A stretch of 64,000 nt of DNA from Squalus acanthias (taxonomy: Eukaryota), in contig CM059432.1 in NCBI GenBank assembly GCA_030390025.1, positions 45,820,001-45,884,000 of the forward strand, read 5' to 3'. Position 1 is the first letter of the stretch. The number at the start of each line of letters is the position of its first letter. The translations under genes were made by a program, and so were the position numbers. Shown piece by piece: positions 37,000-49,702 of this stretch. The notes under the pieces are model-generated. The model searched no databases. It saw only the letters and a list, made by a program, of their open reading frames with translations, and was not told the origin of the DNA.

Positions 37000-37761
37000 G
37001 GCCCAAAAATTCGGCCGAATACGGGAGAGTACGAACTGTGCACTCTCGCGTATTCAGTCCCGAAGTGCCGGTTTCCTGCATGGATTGCGCATGCGCGGGA
37101 AACCGGCACTTCGGTTATGGCGAAGGGGGCGGTTCCTAAGTGAACCGCGTGCGCACTACAGGCTGTGCGCACGCAGCGCACTTAGGTTTTTTTCAGGTTT
37201 CAACGCCAAGGTAAGTATGGAAGATTTTACACATGAAGAAAGGAGGCGTAAGACCCCCTTTTAACAAGGTAAGTAGTTAATTAAGTATTATTTTAAATTT
37301 TTTTCAACAGGTTTATCTTTTTTAGAGACTTTAAAGAAAGGTAAGTTTATTTTTATAACTTTTAAAAAGAATTTAAAGTTTTTCAAAAATTTAAATTTTT
37401 GTTTAAAGTGGTTAATTTATTTAACTATAGTTATTTTATAAATGTGATGGTTTTTTTTAAATTTATTTGAGGTTTAGCTGTTCTTTTGGGGGCAATTTGT
37501 ATTCATACTTTTGACAGTTCTCCTGTCAAAGCTATGAATGAAAGATGCTGTGCTGCCATTAGCTCTCCATGCCCCACGTGATCCCAGAGGTCGCATCGAA
37601 CTAACTGCGCCTCTGGGACACGCACACACTGCGCACCGGCACTAGGGAGAGGCCCAGGAGCTGAAGTTCTTGTGGGCCCGAAACACAACGGCCGGCGCGG
37701 AGTGTGATATCGCGGGGGATCCTTACCCCCGCGGCAAGACTCGGAGTCAAATTTCTGGGCC
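37000..37761. mobile_element. Harbinger-type MITE, 762 bp, 3-bp TSD AAT
   Basis: TIR GGCCCAAAAATT / AATTTCTGGGCC; the empty site is visible in the inverted pLTR copy at ~35320-35345. Confidence 0.92.
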
Positions 37762-37855
37762 AATGTCTCTTAATCTCTCCTTTTGTTCTTTCATCCCCTC
37801 CCCCTTTTCCCAGCTTTATCCTTGCTTTAAATCTATTTCATTTCCTGCCTTTTTC

Positions 37856-37896
37856 CAGTTCTGACGAAAGGTCTTCGACCTGAAATGTTAACTCTG
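37856..37896 (+). ncRNA. Minimal hammerhead ribozyme motif, second copy with C>T in stem III
   Basis: cagtt CTGACGA aaggtcttcgacct GAAAtgttaact. Confidence 0.65.
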
Positions 37897-38399
37897 TTTC
37901 TCTCTCCACGGATGCTGCCTGGCCTGCTGAGTTTTTCCAGCATTTTCTGTTGTTATTTTGCTCATACCTAATCCTTCTTCTCAAATTTCACTTCCCCCTC
38001 ATCCCACAATCCCTTCTGATTTACAAGCTTGCTTCCCCCCCCCCCCCCCCCCCCACCTCACCACAACCCTACCCTTGTGCCATTCTCCTTTCAGATACGC
38101 AAGAACTCCAACCTGGCCAGAGTACAGGAAAGGCAAGAGGAGAGTGATTGAGAAGAGACACCATCACTCGATCTCACACTCGCAGGCACCAGCTCAGAAA
38201 CTGGCACTGCGCATACTTTAGAGTGTAATATAGAGGCGGGATCTGCACGTGGTGAGTCACCAGGCATGAGTGGCCTGCAGCCAGGGCAGGGGGAAAGGGT
38301 AGTGGTGGTTTTCATTTCAGCATTGTGGCCAAGGGGATGCTGTGATGTTCCATGACAGAGGGATAGTAAGGTGGGGGAGTGTTGAGCAATGGGGATCTG

Positions 38400-38481
38400 G
38401 GGTTTCATTCAGGGGTACCAGAGTCTGATGAGGCGCTCACGGACAGCCCGCCCAAATGTGGCTGTGCAAGCTGCCTCCTCC

Positions 38482-38518
<37 letters not shown>

Positions 38519-39622
38519 CTTCTCTTCCACCTCCTCCTCTTCTTCCTCCTCCTCCTTCTCTTCCACCTCCGCTTCCTCCTCCTCCTCCTCCTCCTGAGGT
38601 GGTTGCGGAACCCGTGGTGGCAAGGGCTGCGCCTTCATGATAGCCAAGATGTGGAGGATGCAGCAGACCACCATGAATTGGGACACCAGCACAAGCGAGT
38701 ACTGGAGAGCTCCTTCCAAGTGGTCAAGGCAGTGGAAACGTTGCTTCAGCACCCCGATGGTCTGCTCGATGACGTTCCTTGTGGCAGCATGGCTCTCATT
38801 ATATGAGTGCAGGCTACAAGTGGTGGGGTTGCAGAGGGGAGTCATCAGCCAGGTGTAGTGCAGATAGCCCTTGTTGCCGAGCAGCCACCCTCGTGTTCAA
38901 CGTGGTGACTGGAAGATTGCTAGCACACTGGACTGGCGCAGGATGAAGGCATCATGACTGCTGCCGGGATACCGGGCATTCAACAGCATGACGTTCTGGG
39001 CGTGATCACATACCAACTGCACATTAAGTGAGTGGAATCCTCTGCAGTTACGGAACATCTCACCATTGAGATGTAGCACCCACAAAGCCATGTGTGTGCA
39101 GTCGATGGCACCCTGCACCATGGGGATGTCTGCTATCCTGGCAAAGCCACGTGCGCACTACTCCTGCTTTTTTCGGTTCAGAGAGAAGACATTGAAGTCC
39201 CTTCTCCTGGAGTAGAGAGCCTCTGTGACCTCCCGGATGCAGCGATGGATGGTGAACTGGGAGATGTTTGCTATGTTGCCTGCTCCAGACTGGAAAAATC
39301 CGGTGGTGAAAAAATTGAGGGCCACGGTGACCTTGACTGCCACTGGCAGTGCTGTTGTTAACCTGCTCTGAGGCTGCAGGTCTGGTTGCAGGAGGTGGCA
39401 GAGTTCTGTGACCACTTCCTTGGTGAAGTGAAGCCTCCTAATACACTGCTCCTGGCTTAGGTGCAGGGGGGAGAAGTGCTCCCTGAAGTCCTTAGGTGGG
39501 TAAAGCCTTCTGCTGAGAGCCCTCCTCCCCCTGCTCCTACTCCCTCTGCGAGCAGCTTGTCTTCTTTGCTGCCTCTGCTCCATCTCCCTGTCATGCTGCA
39601 GCGACAACTAGCGCCCCCCATG
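38400..39622 (-). pseudogene. Harbinger transposase pseudogene
   Basis: [49 protein letters not shown], poly-E tail; split across frames. Confidence 0.9.
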
Positions 39623-41246
39623 ACTGGGAGCAAGTGGTGTAGTCAGATGCCTTCCAGTAGCAGCCAACGCCTTCGCAATGTTCAGCAGCACTCCCTTCAG
39701 ACTTTAAAAACTTTTGAAATCTCTTACAGCAACCCAGTACTCCTACAAACTCTGCAAGAGCCAGTACAAAAGTAATAAGCAACTTACATGCAAGTTGGAT
39801 GTATCCCTTTAATTAGCACTAGTTGGTGAGGGGGCGGGGGGCGGGGGTGCCCTCGATCAGCTGAACATATGGTGTTGAATGGAGTGGTGACATCGAAAAT
39901 GGCAGGTCCTGCATCAAATCAGTGTTACACGCTAAATGACGTCATGATCTGCCTACTCTGTATACTGCCGGCGCATGCACGTACCGCCTGCGCTATCGCC
40001 CTCACCAAGATGGCGAACAGCACAGGCCATGCCGGAAGTGGGCGGAAGCGAGGCGGACGCCATTTTTATAAAACACCTCTAAAACTACCAGCGCTATCGG
40101 GTTTAATTTCCCAGCCTGCATGCCTCAGTAAGGAATTTTCAATCTGATTGGTTGAAGAGACATGCTGTTGCTTGCTCTGTTCACACAGGTCCCAGATCCC
40201 CTGTAAAGGGTGATGCGCTGTTTTCACTGTCTGCTCACTGCAAATCGCAGTGTAAAAGCCCATAGAAATTCTGTGTGCAAGTGTAAGCGTAATGAACAGC
40301 GAGTGCCTTTCATTCACCGCTGACTTCAAAATCCGGGCCATTATCTTCAGAAAGACTTGGACCAATTATTGTAGATGGGCTGTGACATGGTCGATGGATT
40401 TTAATGTGAATTAATATCGGGTTATGCATATAACAGCAATCTTGTTTAACTGCAAAATTGTACCATTTCGTGTGATTAAAGGGTGCAGCTTCTATTTAAA
40501 GGGACTATATGATTGGTTGCAATGCACAACTGAAGTCATGGCTAGACCAGGAGCACGACTGCTTTATTTTCTGATGCTTCTTTGTAAGTCCTCTTGCTGG
40601 AAGTGCCGCAAAGGGGTATTGCTCTCTTTGACATGCCTGGGTACCATCCTAAGAAAGTAGGACAGTGGGATTAGGAGAGCATTCATATAAGGCGATAATG
40701 ACAAAGTGAAATCATGCGTCATACTTTCAATTATTGTTACCTCAGTAATGCTGGATGATAAGAATACCAGAACAGAACAGGCATCCAGCATCACTGAGAG
40801 GTGCTGCTATGGTAATGTTTAAATGGTCAAATCAGGGTCAGCAATCAATCGATGCAAGATGAATCAACAGGTCTAAATCATTAGGATTTCCTGAATTTTA
40901 ATGGAAGCTGCAAATTTTTTGTCTTCTTCAAGGTTGCTTGACACTTTTTACTGGATTCTGACCAACTTTAAAAATCCATTACATTTTAGGTTATAATAAG
41001 ATGATTTTTAAAAATAATTGCCTGCTGAGAAGGAAAGTAATAGTTTTGAGCCAAGAAATGATTGAATGAAGACTAAGTAATAACTATGGAAGAAGTGTCC
41101 GTCTTTGTGATTAAGGTAATTCCCTCTTTCTCCCCTCATTTGGTCTTCCCATGTCATGCACTGTCCCCATCTCTGGATGAATTACTCCCTGACCTCAACC
41201 AACATCACTTTAAAATTGAGTGCTAGAAAGTTGAAAGAGCAACTTC

Positions 41247-43310
41247 ATAAGAACATAAGAACATAAAAAGTAAGAGCAGGAGTAGGCCATACGGCCCCTC
41301 GAGCCTGCTCCACCATTCAATAAGATCATGGCTGATCATCCACCTTAACTCCACTTTCCCGCCCGATCTCCATATCCCTTGATTCCCCTAGAGTCCAAAA
41401 ATCTATCTATCCCAGCCTTGAACATACTCAACGACTTAGCATCCACAGCCCTCTGGGGCAGAGAATTCCAAAGATTCACAACCCTCTGAGTGAAGAAATG
41501 CCTCCTCATCTCAGTCTTAAATGGCCTACCCCTTATCCTGAGACTATGCCCCCCTAGTTCCAGACACTCCAGCCAGGGGAAACAACCTCTCGGCATCTAC
41601 CCTGTTAATCCCCTTCAGAATCTTGTATGTTTCAATGAGATCACCTCTCATTTTTCTAAACTCCAGAGAGTATAGGCTCATTCTACACAATCTCTCATCA
41701 AAGGACAGCCCTCTCATCCCAGGAATCAGTCTAGTGAACCTTTGTTGCACCGCCTCCAAGGCAAGTATATCCTTCCTTAGATAAGGAGTCCAAAACTGTG
41801 CACAGTACTCCAGGTGTGGTCTCACCAAAGCCCTGTACAATTGTAGCAAAATTTCCTTACTCTGAAACGCCAACCCCCTTGCAATAAAGGCCAACATGCC
41901 ATTTGCCTTCCTTATTGCTTGCTGTACCTGCACGTTAGCTTTCTGTGTTTCTTGCACAAGGACACCAAAATCTCTCTGAACACCAACATTTGAAAGTTTC
42001 TCACCATTTAAAAAATATTCTGTTTTTCTATTCTTCCTACCAAAGTGAATAACCTCACATTTCCCTACATTATACTCCATCTGCCACCTTACTGCCCATT
42101 CACTTAGTCTATCTATATCCCTTTGCAGACTCTTTATGTTCTTCTCACAGCTTACTGTCCCACCTAGCTTTGTATCATCAGCAAACTTGAATACATTACA
42201 CTCGGTCCCTTCATCTAGGTCATTAATATAAATTGTAAATAACTGAGGCCCCAACACTGATCCTTGCGGCACCCCACTAGTTACAGCCTGCCAACCTGAA
42301 AAAGATCCGTTTATCCCTACTCTCTGTTTTCTGTCCGTTAACCAATCCTCTATCCATGCTACTATATTACCCCCAAACCCGTGAGCCCTAATCTTATGTA
42401 ATAACCTTTTAGGTGGCACTTTATCGAATGCCTTTTGGAAATCCAAATATACTACATCCACTGGTTCCCCTTTATCTACCCTGCTAGTTACATCCTCAAA
42501 AAACTCTAATAAATGTGTCAAACATGATTTCCCTTTCATAAAACCATGTTGACTCTGCCTAATCATGTTGTGATTTTTTAAGTGCCCTGATATCACTTCC
42601 TTAGCATTTTCCAGCATTCCAGCATTTTCCTGACGACTGATGTCAGGCTAACTGGCCTGTAGTTCCCTGTTTTTTCTCTCCCTCCTTTCTTGAATAGCAG
42701 TGTAACATTTGTGACCTTCCAATCCGCTGGGACCATTCTAGAATCTAGGGAATTTTGGAAGATCAAAACCAATGCATCCACTATCTCTTCAGCCACCTCT
42801 TTTAGAACCCTAGGATGTAGGCCGTCAGGTCCAGGGGATTTGTCGGCTTTTAGTCCCATTAGTTTCTCTAGTATTATTTTTCTACTTAAATTAATTATGT
42901 TAAGTTCCTCACCCTCATTAGACCCTTGGTTCCCCACCATTTTTGGTATGCTTTTTGTGTCTTCTACTGTGAAGACAGATACAAAATATTTGTTTAATGT
43001 TTCTGCCATTTCCTTATTCCCCATAATAATTTCTCCCGTCTCAGCCTCTAAGGGACCAACGTTTACATTTGCTACTCTCTTCCTTTTTACATACTTGTAG
43101 AAGCTCTTACAATCTGCTTTAATATTTCTTGCTAGTTTTCTCTCATATTCTATTTTTTCCCTTTTTATCAATTTTTTGGTCAACCTTTGCTGGTTTCTGA
43201 AACTCTCCCAATCCTCAGGCTTACTATTATTCTTTGCAACATTATAAGCTTCTTCTTTCAATCTAATGCTATCCTTAACTTCTTTAGTTAGCCATGGTTG
43301 GATGACTTTC
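41247..43310 (-). mobile_element. 5'-truncated CR1 LINE
   Basis: RT ORFs 42593-43261 and 41544-42617; (CATAAGAA)n tail. Confidence 0.93.
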
Positions 43311-43784
43311 GCTCACAGTTTGAGAAATGCCATGTCCTTTTAAGCAATTTGCTGAGGCTAAGATTGAGTATGCGGTAAGTAGACAAACATGACCTCCCAC
43401 CTTATCATTCCAAGATTCTGTGAATTGGTGGGATCACCTTCACCACATGCACACAGTGGTAAAAGAAGGCGGCTCACCACCACCTTCTCAAGGGCAATTA
43501 GGGAAGGGCAATAAATGCCGGCCTTTCCAGCGATGCCCACATCCTGAGAATTTTTTAAAATTTGATACTCCATTCTACTATGCCATTATACAGCTGATAT
43601 TCTATATTATTATGGGTTTCGGCACATGACTAGTATAATTACTGTTTAAAGGTCCAGATTGCCAACGTATGAAGTCAACTTAAACCACTGAAGTGCGTTG
43701 CAGCTACAAACAAAACATTTTTGCAAAAAGCAAGAACTGAACAGGAACTTGCAATTTTGTGGATTTGCTTGTATTTATATGTTA

Positions 43785-44132
43785 TGGTGCAGTACTGGGG
43801 AAGTGCTGCATTGTCAGAGGTGTCAACTTTGGGATTAGACATTAAATCAAGGCTGCCTCTCCCTGTTCAGATGGCCATAATAGATTCCAGAGCAGGAAGT
43901 TCTTCTGGCGACGTGGTCAAAAATTCTCCCTCAAGCAAATCACCAAAGATAGATTAACTGGTCAGTAATTTCTTTGCTGTTTGTGGAATGTTACTGTAGG
44001 GGAATTTACTGCTGCATTTGCCTACAAAACAAGTGACAGCACTTCGAAAGTAAGTAATTGGCGGTGAAGTGCTTTCAGAGGTCTTGAGGACATGAAAGGA
44101 GCTACATAAATGCAAAATTCTTTCTTTTTTTC
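43785..44132 (+). mobile_element. Deu-domain SINE, degraded
   Basis: Similar to the reverse complement of 2067-2338 (gtgctgcattgtcagaggtg..attaaatcaaggc); tail ..ataaatgcaa..tctttctttt. Confidence 0.6.
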
Positions 44133-44159
44133 ACATATACATAATTTCTGGCAAACAGG

Positions 44160-46149
44160 AAGAAAGAGTTTTTATAGTTATATAAAAAGAAAAAGGGTGG
44201 CTAAAGTAAATGTTGGTCCCTTAGAGGATGAGACCGGGAAATTAATGGTGGGAAATATGGAGATGGCAAAAACACTGAATGAATATTTTGTATCAGTCTT
44301 TACAGTAGAGGACACTAAGAATATCCCAACACTGGACAAACAGGGGGCTATAGGGGGAGAGGAGCTAAACACGATCAAAATCACTAAGGAAGTGGTACTC
44401 GGTAAAATAATGGGACTCAAGGCGGATAAATCACCTGGACCTGATGGCTTACATCCTAGAGTCTTGAAGGAAGTGGCGGTAGGGATTGTAGATGCATTGG
44501 TAATAATTTTTCAAAACTCCCTGGATTCCGCTAAGGTCCCGGCAGACTGGAAAACTGCTAATGTAACACCCTTATTTAAAAAGGGCAGTAGACAGAAGGC
44601 TGGTAACTATAGACCGGTTAGCCTAACATCTGTGGTAGGTAAAATTTTGGAGTCCATTATTAAGGAAACAGTAACAGGACATTTGGATAATCATAATTTA
44701 ATAGGACAAAGTCAGCATGGTTTTACGAAGGGGAAGTCATGTTTGACAAATTTGCTGGAGTTCTTTGAGGAAGTAACATATAGAGTGGATAAAGGGGAAC
44801 CAGTGGACGTAGTGTATTTAGACTTCCAAAAGGCATTTGACAAGGTGCCACACAAAAGATTATTGCTTAAGGTAAAAAATCACGGGATTGGGGGTAATAT
44901 TCTGGCATGGATAGAGGATTGGCTATCTAACAGAAAGCAAAGAGTTGGGATAAATGGTTCATTCTCAGACTGGCAATCAGTAACTAGTGGTGTTCCACAG
45001 GGGTCAGTGCTGGGTCCCCAACTCTTCACAATCTATATTAACGATTTGGAGGAAGGGACCAAGTGTAACATATCAAAATTTGCAGATGATACAAAGATGG
45101 GAGGGAAAGTAGTGAGTGAGGAGGACATAAAAAACCTGCAAGGGGACATAGACAGGCTAAGTAAGTGGGCAGAGATTTGGCAGATGGAATACAACACTGG
45201 AAAGTGTGAGGTGATGCACTTTGGCAGGAAAAATCCTAGAGCAATTTATTATCTTAATGGCAAGAAACTGGAGAGTACTGAAGTGCAAAGGGATCTGGGG
45301 GTCCTGGTGCACGAAACTCAAAAGGTTAGTATGCAGGTGCAGCAAGTGATTAAGAAGGCAAATGGAATGTTGGCTTTCATTGCTAGGGGGATAGAATATA
45401 AAAATAGGGAGGTATTGCTTCAGTTGTACAAGGTATTGGTGAGACCGCACCTGGAATACTGCATACAGTTTTGGTGTCCTTACTTAAGGAAAGACATCCT
45501 TGCTCTCGAGGCAGTGCAAAAAAGGTTCACTCGGTTAATCCCGGGGATGAGGGGGTGGTCATATGAGGAGAGGTTGGGTAGATTGGGACTCTACTCATTG
45601 GAGTTCAGAAGAATGAGAGGCGATCTTATTGAAACATATAAGATTGTGAAGGGGTTGGATCGGGTGGATGCGGGGAGGATGTTCCCGATGACGGGTGAGA
45701 CGAGAACTAGGGGACATAGTCTTAGAATAAGGGGCTGCTCTTTCAAAACTGAGATGAGGAGGAACTACTTCACTCAGAGGGTGGTAGGTCCATGGAATAT
45801 GCTGCCACAAAAAGCTGTAGAAGCTACAACATTAATTAAATTTAAAACAGAAATAGACAGTTTCCTAGAAGTAAAGGGCATTAAGGGTTACGGGGAGCGG
45901 GCAGGAATTTGGACATGAGTCTAGGTTCGGATCGGTCATGGCCCTGTGGGTAGTGGAGCGGGCCCAGGGACTGTGTAGCCTGATTCTGCTCCTATTTCGT
46001 GTGTGCAATTCTGTTAGATGCAGGAGATGGTTCTGTGATAGATAGTAGATTGGCGGTTAGGATCAGATCAGCCATGATCTTATTGAATGGCGGAGCAGGC
46101 TCGAGGGGCCGATTGGCCTACTCCTGCTCCTATTTCTTATGTTCTTATG
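44160..46149 (+). mobile_element. 5'-truncated CR1 LINE with uninterrupted RT frame to 45918, plus a short extra CR1 3' UTR (~46045-46149)
   Basis: Complete RT motif set with no stops; CR1 3' UTR motifs. Confidence 0.93.
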
Positions 46150-47089
46150 CCAATTACTCCGCCTAGTTGATTTACGCACAAGGCAGAAATAACCCCCCCG
46201 ATCGCAAAGACTCTTTACCTTATTGTTTTCAAGTTTGTTTAATAATGGAATCACTGAATAATAATTATGTATTCTAGCAGAGATTATTCGGGATTCAGCC
46301 CAATGCCTAAATTGAATCCAAGAGGATCAGTTCAGATAGTTTGGATCAAAGCTGAGTTTGAATCTGAGAAACTTGGCTTGGATTCCGATTTTGACAAAGC
46401 AGCTGACTTTTTAAGGAGGAAATCCATTATTCCTGCTCGAAACCATTACCAAATTATATTGAAATTATCATCATCTAAGTAAAATCTGAGTGGAATACCT
46501 CATTTGTCAGGCTGTGAGAAAACAAACAGGCACTTAGCTTTATTTTAGTTTCTCAGGATTTGACAAAAAACAATCTTATGTTGTCATTGTAACCTTGCCA
46601 CCAATCAAAATGAGTAAAGGACCAAAAACTAGCATCTGTAACAAGAATACTGCTATGATCTAATGTCCTATGTAACAGATAGGCTTCAACCATAAGGAAA
46701 AAGCAACTGGCAGCAACTCTAAAAATTTTAAAATATTCAAGTTCAACATCTTTGCGATATACAGAGAAACAGCCTTCCTCATATGATACTTTGAGGGACA
46801 CTTGAAGAAACTGAGCTAAACTGGATTCAGAAACCACCATAGCAACTTCCACCGTTCATAAAATGGTAAACAATCCAAATCCATAACAACTGCTTCACCA
46901 CTGCTACAGTCTCTACTATGGATCTAAAGCTACTGCTTTAGTTTCCTGGCAGGTGCTAAAGCTTCTGGCATGGATATGGCTGCTGTTTCGGCAACAATGA
47001 CTTCTTTCTATCTTGCTACTAGTGCTGTTGTAAGAGATGCTCCTAAAGATGTCTTTCTACAGTAGATACAAAGTGGGGGGGGGGGGGGG

Positions 47090-47527
47090 AGGGCATTTTA
47101 GCCCCAAGAACGAGTGGGTTGCGGGTGGGTGGGAAGGTGAAAATGTAAAAAATCTCAAACCTGACCCCAACCCGCCTCCAAACCGTCCACTTTCTGCTTT
47201 AATTGAGGCGGTTCGGGGGCGGGCGACCAACACGCTCTCAGGAGGCAGTTCGACCACTAAAATCTTTTCAGCAGGATGCGAGCCTCCATTTTAACAGCAT
47301 TTTTACTTTTAAGACATGGAGGCCGTAATTCCTGGGACTCAGATGTCTGATCCCCTGACATACGCTCCCCAGCCATCGTGTCAATCTGACTGGCTGTAAG
47401 TCGGGAAAACTGCTGAAGCAATTTAAAAGATATCCTGTGTATAATTTCTGAAGGACGTACTTTTGGGTTTCCTGCCCGGAAATACCCCACCCCGCTCTTT
47501 TCATGGCTTGAGTAAATATCGGGGCCA
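47090..47527. mobile_element. Harbinger-type MITE or terminal fragment
   Basis: cccgcctcc/gaggcgg subterminal motifs as at 57275-57440; end aaatatcggggcc. Confidence 0.5.
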
Positions 47528-47594
47528 AAGAAATAAAGAATGAGAAACAAACAGTTTTTTTACAGGAACGGTGAGATGAAGCTCGAAGTTAATT

Positions 47595-49123
47595 TTCAGG
47601 TTGGCAGGCTGTAACCAGGCTGCCGCAAGGATCAGTGCTTGGGCCTCAACTATTTACAATCTATATTAATGACTTAGATGAAACGACCAAGTGTAATGTA
47701 TCCAAGTTTGCTGACAATATAAAGCCAGGAGGGAAAGTAAGCTGTGAGAAGGACCCAAAGAGTCTGCAAAGAGATATAGACAGGTTAAGTGAGTGGGCAA
47801 TAAGGTGGCAGATGGAGTATAATGTGGGGAAATGTGAGGTTATTCACTTTGGTAGGAAAAATAGAAAAACAGAATATTTCGTGAAACTATTAAATGTTGG
47901 TGATCAGAGAGATTTAGGAGTCCTCGTACAGGAAACGCAGAATTTTAGCATGCTGGTATGTTGGCCTTTATTGTAATGTGGCTGGAGTATAAGAGTAAGG
48001 AAGTCTTGCTACAATTGTACAGGGCTTTGGTGAGACCACACCTGGAGTACTGTGCACAGTTTTGGTCTCCTTATCTATAGAAGGATATACTTGCCTTAGA
48101 GGCGCTGCAACAAAGGTTCACTAGATTGATTCCTGGGATGAGAGGATTGTCCTATGAGGACAGATTGAGTAGAATGGGCCTATACGTTCTGGAGTTTAGA
48201 AGAATAAGAGGTGATCTCATTGAAACATATGAGATTCTGAGGGGAATTGAGAGGATAGATGCTGAGAGATTGTTTCCCCTGGCTGGAGAGTCTAAAGCGA
48301 GGGGGCATAGTCTCAGGATAAGGGTTCGGCCTTTTAAGACTGAGATGAGGAAGAATTTCTTCACTCAGAGGCTTGTGAATCTTTGGAATTCTCTGCCCCA
48401 AAGGGCTGTGGATGCTCAGTCGTTGAGTAAATTCAAGGATGAAATAGATAGATTTTTGGGCTCTAGGGAAATCAAGGGATATTGGGATCTGACACGAAAG
48501 TGGAGTTGAGGTCAAAGTTCAACCATAATCTTATTGAATGGCGGAGCAGGTTCGAGGAGCCATATGGCCTACTCCTGCTCCTAATTTCTATGTTCTTATG
48601 TTCTTGCACTGGCCTCTGCCCCACCTTGAATCTGGGGCTGGCCGGAACTTAATGCTGCCCCATAGCTGCAACCTTGACCTTGTCCCAAGTCTTGTGGATG
48701 GGTGCTCGCACCATTTTCAGCTCAAGTGAGAGCACACCTCAGTACTGCGGGGGCGGTGAGGGGGTGGATTTTCACTGCAGTGGGCTCACTTCCACCGGGA
48801 TTAGATCCCTGTCCTGCAGATACCCTTGCTTCATGCAGGCATACATCACATTGAAGGCAACTGAGGTGGAACTTCTTTACTTTCTTTACTCAGCGATGGT
48901 GAGAATGTGGAACTTGCTGCCACAGGTAGTGGTTGAGGCAAATAGCATAGAGTCATTTAAGGGGAAGCTATATAAGTACATGAGGGAGAAAGGAATAGAA
49001 GGCTTTACTAATATGGTTAGATGAAGTAAGGTGGGAGGAGGCGCGTGCGGAGCATAAACACCAGAACAGACCAGCTGGGCCGAATGGCCTGTTTCTGGGC
49101 TGTAAATACTATGTAATTCTATG
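47595..49123 (+). mobile_element. CR1 3' fragments (47595-48604 and 48885-49123)
   Basis: GPQLFTIYIND, KFADN, RGHSLRI; two CR1 3' UTR tails. Confidence 0.88.
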
Positions 49124-49702
49124 AATGGGTGAGAATTTTGACAAGCCTTGTCATCCTGCCACTCCTGCTTCTTTCAGTGACATCCAGTTCTGGCAGAATA
49201 TAAAAACGCAAAAAGAAATGGGTGGAGACCCAGCAGAACTCGGTTCTGCCCCAAACTGCTCTCCCTCTGCCCACCTAGATTGTTTAATTCCACAATGGAG
49301 GAACTTTGAGGCTATACATTTGTCCCTAGGAGATCAACTAGTGTATTTTTAAAGATGCGGTTTGAACAAATTTGCAACAGTGAGTTTGTGCATTCGTTTG
49401 AATAAATTTTAAAATGTGAATTTAATTTAAGCAAATTCGTAATTAAAAGGCGTAATCAACAGCAGCAGTGCTGCAGTATTCATCACTGCTGATTTGCATT
49501 TCAAATTATTTATATGTGCAATCGGCTGTTTTATCATGAGAAACCATAGTAATTATCTTATCTAGAGCAATTACAAGCAATTATCCTTAACAGTCTTATG
49601 TAGTCATGAATTTTTGAATCCAAGATGATCCAACTCATGAATTTCTGGAATAGTTTCAGTCCTTTTCTGTTGTCAAGATGGAATAATGATGTATATACAC
49701 TA

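Larger units (their letters stand above)
28261..37958 (+). mobile_element. Penelope-like element (Neptune-type), 5'-truncated with inverted pLTR; contains the ERV and a MITE
   Basis: TSD (T)GCTCATACCTAAT at 28247-28260 and 37959-37972; inverted terminal copy at 28261-28288 plus 35128-35495; direct pLTR 36814-37958. Confidence 0.88.
26528..40117. mobile_element. Second Harbinger element (Myb gene on plus, transposase on minus), interrupted by nested insertions
   Basis: Left end similar to 59301-59570; Myb exon 1 at 26819-27056, exon 2 at 28099-28243, exon 3 from 38097; transposase at 38400-39622; right end ..aatttcccagcc. Confidence 0.75.

Noticed and set aside
44110..44160. ATG start of the 602-aa ORF
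   Set aside because: Comes from the upstream SINE tail; the CR1 is 5'-truncated and lacks the endonuclease
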